DNA of 56,001 bases, from NCBI GenBank assembly GCA_004431415.1, contig QPMI01000304.1, positions 1 to 56,001 of the forward strand, given 5' to 3'. Each line of letters starts with the position of its first letter. Position 1 is the first letter of the stretch. A program made the position numbers and the translations under genes. Origin of the DNA: Cyanophora paradoxa CCMP329. Lineage: Eukaryota; Plantae; Glaucophyta. The notes beneath the pieces are model-generated. The model did no database searches and was not told the DNA's origin. It worked only from the letters and a program-made list of their open reading frames with translations. Shown here piece after piece: positions 49,665 through 56,001 of this stretch.

Positions 49665-52600
49665 CTAGAAGGTGAAGGTGGGGCCGGAGGGGTCGACGTC
49701 GGGGCGGGGCGGGGGCGCGAGGGCGGGGGCGGGGGCCGCCCCGCGGCGCGCTCGAGGCTGGCGGCGTGGAGGCGCTCGACGGCGGCGAGGGCCCAGCGCG
49801 TCAGCGCCGACAGCTGCCCCGCCTCCAGCGTCTCCAGGTACTCCCCGCCAGGCTCGCCCGCGCCGCCGCCGCCCGCACGATCTCCCGCGCCGCCCCCGCC
49901 TCGGCCCGCGCCGCCGCCTCGCGGGCCTCGGCGGCCTCGGCGCGCTCGACGAGGGTGCGGTTCTCGGCGACGAGGGCGGCGACGCAGGCGGCGGCGTGGG
50001 CGGCGCGGCGGCGCTGCTCGGCGGCGCGGGCGCCGTAGAGGGCGAGGAGGGCCCGCGCCTCCTCCACGAGCCCCGCCGCCTGCGTGCCCCGCGCCACCGC
50101 CCCGCCCGCTCCAGGAACGCCCCGCCCGCCCCTCCAGCGCCCCCTCCGCTCCTCCCCGCCCTCCTCCGCCCCGCTCCCGCTCCCCGCGTCGCCCCCGCTC
50201 CCTCGCTCCCGCTCTCCGCCTCCGCCCGTCTCCGCCGCGCCCGCCGCCGCGCCGTCGCCGCCGCCCCGCGGGGCCCTGCCGCTTGGCCGCCGGCGGCGGG
50301 CGCCCGCGGCGGGGCGAGTGCCGGGGCGAGGAGGGGAGGGAGGGCGGGGCGAGGAGGAGGAGGAGGAGGAGGCGTCGGGGTGCCTGCGCCCCCGGGGGGC
50401 TCTCCCCAGCACCGCCCGCGCCGCCGCGCTCGTCGCCGCGCTCACGGCGCCCCGCCTGCCGCCCCGCCCCCGCTCGGGGCCGGTGCGCGGGTGGGGCGCA
50501 AGGGGGCAGGGGCGCGGGCGCACCGGTCGATGTCGTCGAAGAGCATGCCGAGGACGGCGTCCACCGTCAGCTCCCGCGCCCGCCCCGCCCCGCCCCCGTC
50601 CCCGCCCCCTTCCCCCGCCCCCTTGGCCCCCGCCGCCGCCGCCGCCCCGACGCCGCCGCCTTGGACCCGGAGGCCGAGCTCGAGGCCGACCGCTCGCCGC
50701 CCGACGCTCGGCTCCGGCCCGCCCCGCCGTTCTCTTCCGGGCCGCTGGCGCCGGGCGCCGGGGCCGTGGCGGGGGCGGATGCGGCGCGGGAGGGGCGGCC
50801 TCGCGGGGGCGGGCTGGGGCGGCCTTGGCTGCGGGCCCGGGGGGCGGCCTGGGCGCGCTTGCGGGCGGCTTTCTTCTTCTTGCGCTGCGCGTCCCCGCTC
50901 GCCTCCTCGAGCAGCTCCCGCTGCAGCTGCGCCCGCCTCAGCGGGGCGGCGAGGGCGGGCGGGGGGGGGCGGCGCGGCGCGCGTCGGCGGTGTGCTGCTC
51001 GAAGGCCTCGCGGAGGCGCTCGGTGAAGACGTCGCACGCGCGGGCGACGACGAGGCGGCGGTTCCAGCCGACCAGGCGGCACGCGTCCGTCGAGACCCGC
51101 CGCAGCGCGAACAGGCGGTAGCGCAGGTGGCAGAGGGAGACCTGCGCCGCGGCGTGAGGGGAGCGAGGGCGCGGGGCGGGGGCGGGGGCGGGGCGGGGCG
51201 GGGGCGGGCCATGGAGCGGGCGACGGTGAGGCAGTGGTCGAGGAGGGCGCGCCACTGGGCCATCTCGGCGACGGCCTCCTCGGCGTGCTCGGGGTGCTCG
51301 AGCAGCCAGTTGTGCGCCAGGTACACGATGCTGTCCAGCGGCACGTTCCCCGCCGCCGACACCGGCTCCTCCGGCGGGCCCCCGTCCATGGGGAAGTACG
51401 GGGGCGCGGGGTCGGGCCCCGCCACGACGGGCGCCGGCGAGCGCGCCTCGACCGCCGCGCGGAGGCGAGCCACCTGCGGGACGGTGAGGGGCGGGGCGGG
51501 GCGGGGGCGGGGCGGGGGGTGGCCCGCGCCTCCCCGTGTAGCACTCGGCGTCGTGCTCGAGCCAGTCCGCGAGGCGGAGGTTGGGGCCGGCGCCCCGCGC
51601 CGCGTCGATCGCCCGCTGCACGTACGAGATGACCGGCGGCAGGCGCGCGGCGACGCCGGCGGCGGGGCGAGGCCCGGGCGGAGGGCGGCGGAGAGGCCCG
51701 GCGGGTAGGCGCCGGAGGAGACCTGCGTGGAGGTCGGCTGCGGCCACCCCCCGCTCGGCGCCGGCGGCGCCTCCGGCGAGAGCTGCCCCGCCCCGCGTCA
51801 GCCCCAGCCGCAGCCGCAGCCGCAGCCGCAGCCGCGGGGCGGGGCGGGGCGGGGCCGCACGGCCTCGACGTGGCGGGAGAGGAGGGCGTAGAGGTCGACG
51901 AAGGCGAACATGGGCCGCCCGGGGCCCTCCACGCGCCCCGCCACCACCTCCGCCGCCAGCTGCCGCGCGCACCCGAAGGCGCCCCGCGCCATCGGGCCCG
52001 GCGCCGCCGCCGCGCACGCCGCCGCCAGGCCCTCCACCGCCTTCTGCACGTCCGCTGCCAGCGCCCGCGCCCGCGGCAGCAGCCGCGCGTACTCCGCCGC
52101 CCCCTCCTCGAGCTCCGACGCCGGCGCCAGCTGGCACTGCTGCAGCTCCGTCGCCGCGCGGGCGGCGTCGGCGAGGATCGCGCGCCGCCCCGCCGCGTGC
52201 AGCCGCAGGAAGGGCGCCTCGCACTCCCCCGCCCCCGCCTCCCCGCGGGGGCCCTGCATGAGGCTCCGCAGCGGGAGCACGAGGGCGGGGGAGCCGCCGA
52301 GGCGGGAGCCGGGCGGGGGCGGGACGGCGGGGGCGCTGGAGGGCGGGGGCGGCCTGGGGGCGGAGGGGAGGGGCCGGCCGGAGCCGGCCTCGAGGCCGCC
52401 GAGGGCCTCGAGCAGGTCCTGCCCCTCGAGGGTGTGGTAGAAGCGGGTGCGCAGCTGGGGCGCGTGCGGGAAGTAGCCGGACACGTTCAGCGCGTGCCGC
52501 ACCTCGAAGCGCCCCTGCCGGCGGGCTCAGCGGGGCCGGCGGGCGGGGAGGCGGGGGCCGGGGGCGGGGGCGGCGGACGCGGTCGAAAGTGACGAGGTGG

Positions 52601-54534
52601 TTGTCGACGGAGCCGACGTGGAAGTAGAGCCGCGGCGGCTCCGCCTCGAAGTGCAGCTCCCATGTCGGGTCTGCCGCACCCCGCTCAGCGCCCCGCGCCC
52701 GCCCCGGCCCCCCCGGCCCCGGGCCCGCACCCTCGTCGCCCTGGGCGCGGATGAGGCGGGCAGTGCGGTCGGCGCCCTGGCAGCCAAGGCCGTAGGTGAC
52801 GCCGTCGGGGGCGGCCACGGCGAGGGCCTGCAGCTGCAGCGCGACCGTGTCCCCCGCCAGGAGCCCCATCGGGCGGTCCCCCGAGAGGAGCGCCGTCCGC
52901 AGCTCCCCCGCCGTCACGCTCCAACGGAAGCCGGCGCACCAGGGCGCCAGCGCGAACGAGTTCTGCGCGGGGCCCTTGCCGCCCTTGGGCACGACGTGCA
53001 CCGTCAGCTCGCCCACCAGCGGCGCCGCCTTGCCCGTGGGCGCGAGGTTGACGCTGCCGGCGCCTCAGCGGGGCGAGGGGGCGGGGGCGAGGGGCCGGGG
53101 GCGGGGCGGGCGGACGAGGGGATGAAGGCGGCGGGGTCGAAGTCCCAGGTCGCGTTCCAGGGGAGGGCCTCCGAGCGCCGCCCCGCCCCCGCCTCCTGCT
53201 GCTGCGCGTGCAGCAGCACCGGCGGCCGCGGCTTGCCCCCCGTGTAGTACTGCCGCCCCCCGCGTCTCCAGCGTGCGCCGGCGCGAGTCGGCGAGGGGGG
53301 GCTGGGCGCACGCAGCGGGCGGTGAGGCGGAGGTCGATCTCCTCCTGCATCAGCCTCCCCACCGTGTCGTCCCCAGAGTAGACCAGCGGCGGCGCGATCT
53401 GCGCTCCCCGCACACGCCCGTGAGCTCCGGAGCGGGCACGGGCGGCGGGGCGGGGGGCGCGACCTGGGGCAGGGCGTCGCGGCGGAGCGGGGGCGGGGAG
53501 GCGGGGAGGGGCCGGCCCTTGTTGAGGACGCCGCAGGGGTGTTCCGTCTCATCCATCACCGGCAGCGAGTCCAGCGCGTACTCCAGCCTGCCCCGCCCCG
53601 CCTCAGGCGGGGGAGGCGCCGGCGCCGGCGAAGAACTCGCCAGTCGATGCAGTTGGGCGTCTGCACGTCGGCTCGCAGCAGCTCCATCACCAGCGCGTGC
53701 CGGCTCTCCACCCGCGCCACGTTCGCCCGCTCCCGCACCGGCAGCGTCCTGACACGCCCGCCTCGGCTCGAGGAGGGGGCCCCCGGGGAGCGCGCAGGCG
53801 AGCCCCGCGCACCGCCAAAAGGCGTCGAGCCTCGACAGGAGGCTGCTCTCCAGGCGCTCGGGGCCCTGCGGCGCCCTCTCGGCGCGCGCCCCGGCGCGCA
53901 GCGCGCGGCGGGCGGCGCGCCTTCACGAGGTTCAGAGCCTGTCTGGCCACGAGTGTGTCCTGATCCTGCAGGTTGTACTGCCACCCGCCGTCAGTTCCGG
54001 CCGGGCGGGCGCGTGCGGCGAGCCGCACGTCGGCGGGGGCGAGCCAGTCCAGCAGCCGCACGCCTTGCGATGTCATAAAGACGGTGCAGCAGCGGCTCTT
54101 CTTCATCCGCTGGCAGTACGCATCAAAGAGCTTGTTCAACTTCGACTCGCGCTGAGCGCAGTACGGACGGCGTAAGCTGCCGTGCACGGCCGAGACCACA
54201 CGGCCGGCCCACCTTGATCTTGAACGTGCAGTCCAGCGAGCCGCGATCTGCGCGTGCACAGGCGCGATCCCTTTAGCTAAGCTTTCAAGCCTGGCTTAGC
54301 TTCGGACGCACCCTGGTGTTCGTCGAGATGGCACACATGGTTTCGAAAGCGGTCAGTCGGCGCAGCGAGGAGGTCGGGAAGAGGCTACGAACAGACCTCC
54401 CATGTAACCTGCAGCAGAATCGTACCGGTAGCCGACTGCTGCGGCGGGCGCGGTGCTTCCGGCTCGGCGGGCGGCGGGCTCGCCGCTCCTGGAGCCTCCT
54501 GCTGCGAGTGCTCGCATGGTTCCGGTTCCGCCAT
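49665..54534 (-). CDS. Large hypothetical protein with an N-terminal SUMO-like (Rad60-SLD) domain; 3' end uncertain
   Basis: CTFKIKRESKLNKLFDAYCQR...QGVRL...PADYNLQDQDTL is SUMO-like. Many further coding exons follow on the same strand, including a KKKKAARKR NLS-like segment. Confidence 0.55.
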
Positions 54535-54777
54535 CGCACCGCGCGGCTGAGCTGTGCGAGCCGCGCGGCGAAGTCCCCGGGGGTACAGCCCGCTGCGGCG
54601 ATCAAATCTGGCGAATTCGAAACCGGCCGCGGATCACATGCATATGCGCCGCAGCGCATGCGCAATCGCCAAGTTCTCCCAGCTGTAATGCGTCGCTCAG
54701 CGCAACCCCGCGCGCGAACTTCGGAATGCTTCCTACATTGCCGATATCGATGCTCGAGCTCGCTATATCGATCGGGC

Positions 54778-56001
54778 CTAGAGGATGTCCTCCTGCGTGG
54801 GAGTCTCGGGCCTCCGGGCGGGGCTCGGGCTCGCCTTGCGCGCGGAGCCGCCGCGCGGGGCCGGCGCCTCGAGCTCCTGCCTGGATGAGGGCCCGGATGG
54901 CTTGCTGGGCGAGGGCGAGGGCGCCGGCTTCTTCGCGGCCGACTTGGGCCGGGGCTTGCCCGTGCCGGGGCCCCCGATCTGGAGCCCCTTGGCGAGGCGC
55001 GCGACGGGGGTGTCGAGGAACTCGAAGGCCTGGCGGGGGCCGGTGAGGGGCCGGGGCCGGGGCGGGGCGGGGCGGGGGCGGGCCTGGAGGGCGACGGCGC
55101 GCTCGAGGTCCTCGTCGGAGCGCTTGTCGTAGGCGTCCATGAGGGTCAGCGCGGCCTTGCCCTCCTGCGACGAGGCGAACGCGTCGTCCTTCAGCGCCGC
55201 CTCCAGCGCCTTGTCCGCCGCCACGACGTCCCCCCGGTGCAGCTGCACCACCACCTTGCTCAGCTGCGCCTGCTCGCCCCCGCCGCCCCTCAGCCGCCGC
55301 CTGCGCAGCGCAGCGCCGCGCAGCGCAGGGCAGCGCTTGGGGCAGGGCCGCGCCTTGTAGATGTTGTTCTTCTGGTCGAGCACCTTGTAGACCTCCACCT
55401 GCCGGTCCAGCGTCTGCGCCGCCTTGTCCCACCTGGCGCCCCGCTCGGCCCCGCCCACGACCCGCCCAGCCGCCCGCAGCCGGCACCGCTGCGCCTTGAT
55501 GAAGAACCCGGTGGCGCTCTTGAAGCAGTCGGCGTTCCAGTGCTCGCGGTCGTGGTCCTTCACTGCGCCCCGCCCCGGCCCCCGCCCCGGGATCGACGAG
55601 GGCGAGAGGGGCGGGGCGGAGCGGGGCGGGGCGGGGCACCGGTGTCCATGGCCTCGAAGTAGGCCTCCGCCGCCTGCTCCTCCAGCTCCCGGATCCCCTC
55701 CAGGAACCTGCCCGCGCCCCGCCCTCGGCCCCCGCGCGCCCCCCAACCCCAGCGGGGCGCGGGGCGGACTTTGCGCAGCGGACGAGGCACTCGACGGCCT
55801 TGTCGTAGTTGGCGTTCTCCTTGTAGTAGCCGCTCGCCTTCCTGTAGAGCTCGGCGGCCTTGCTGGCGTCGGCCACCGTCCCCTCCTCGGCGTCCTCCAG
55901 CACCATGTCCCGGATGCAGTTCGCCGCCAGCTCCAGGTCCTTCCCCGCGGGGAACGCCCTGCGCCCCGCCCCGCCCCTCGCACCCCCGCCCGCCCCCACG
56001 C
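54778..56001 (-). CDS. NAPG: Gamma-soluble NSF attachment protein (5' part lies outside the window)
   Basis: AELYRKASGYYKEN..DKAVECLVRCAK, KAQLSKVVVQLHRGDVVAADK, SQEG..LMDAYD, FLDTPVARLA, acidic EDIL C-terminus. Confidence 0.85.
   Translation of the reverse strand, partial: AWGRAGVRGAGRGAGRSPRGRTWSWRRTASGTWCWRTPRRGRWPTPARPPSSTGRRAATTRRTPTTTRPSSASSAAQSPPRAPLGLGGARGPRAGRGQVPGGDPGAGGAGGGGLLRGHGHRCPAPPRSAPPLSPSSIPGRGPGRGAVKDHDREHWNADCFKSATGFFIKAQRCRLRAAGRVVGGAERGARWDKAAQTLDRQVEVYKVLDQKNNIYKARPCPKRCPALRGAALRRRRLRGGGGEQAQLSKVVVQLHRGDVVAADKALEAALKDDAFASSQEGKAALTLMDAYDKRSDEDLERAVALQARPRPAPPRPRPLTGPRQAFEFLDTPVARLAKGLQIGGPGTGKPRPKSAAKKPAPSPSPSKPSGPSSRQELEAPAPRGGSARKASPSPARRPETPTQEDIL

Overview
This is eukaryotic nuclear DNA, extremely GC-rich and gene-dense, with many short spliceosomal introns (about 50-120 nt; GT or GC donors, CTGAC/CTCAC/CTAAC-type branch points, YAG acceptors). 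Most long ORFs in the six-frame track are GC-rich shadow ORFs, so the real genes were rebuilt by splicing by eye and their coordinates are approximate. The intron style and a Phe-led transit peptide suggest a glaucophyte such as Cyanophora (inference only). About 20 genes are recognisable: DUF1838, TRAPPC13, an ERCC6L/PICH-like SNF2 helicase, a Myb/SANT-like protein, an EamA transporter, a CPBP protease-like protein, a NEK kinase, an ATP-grasp ligase, a C2+Dpy-30 protein, a class I phosphodiesterase, APC10, a small C2 gene, a PAP2 phosphatase, HOP2, CK2 alpha, an NST1-like protein, a secreted Cys-repeat protein, an ankyrin-TRP channel, NADAR, a SUMO-like-domain protein and gamma-SNAP. The most notable structures are: (1) a ~1.75 kb unit at 274-2030 with Helitron2/Helentron-like asymmetric inverted repeats and terminal hairpins, carrying an intron-containing zinc-finger gene; (2) a ~1 kb repeat-bounded cassette in the APC10 promoter with an 11-bp repeat/palindrome array and a C2 gene fragment; (3) a bacterial-type DUF1838 protein with a probable plastid transit peptide; (4) an unusually high frequency of GC-AG introns plus microexons.
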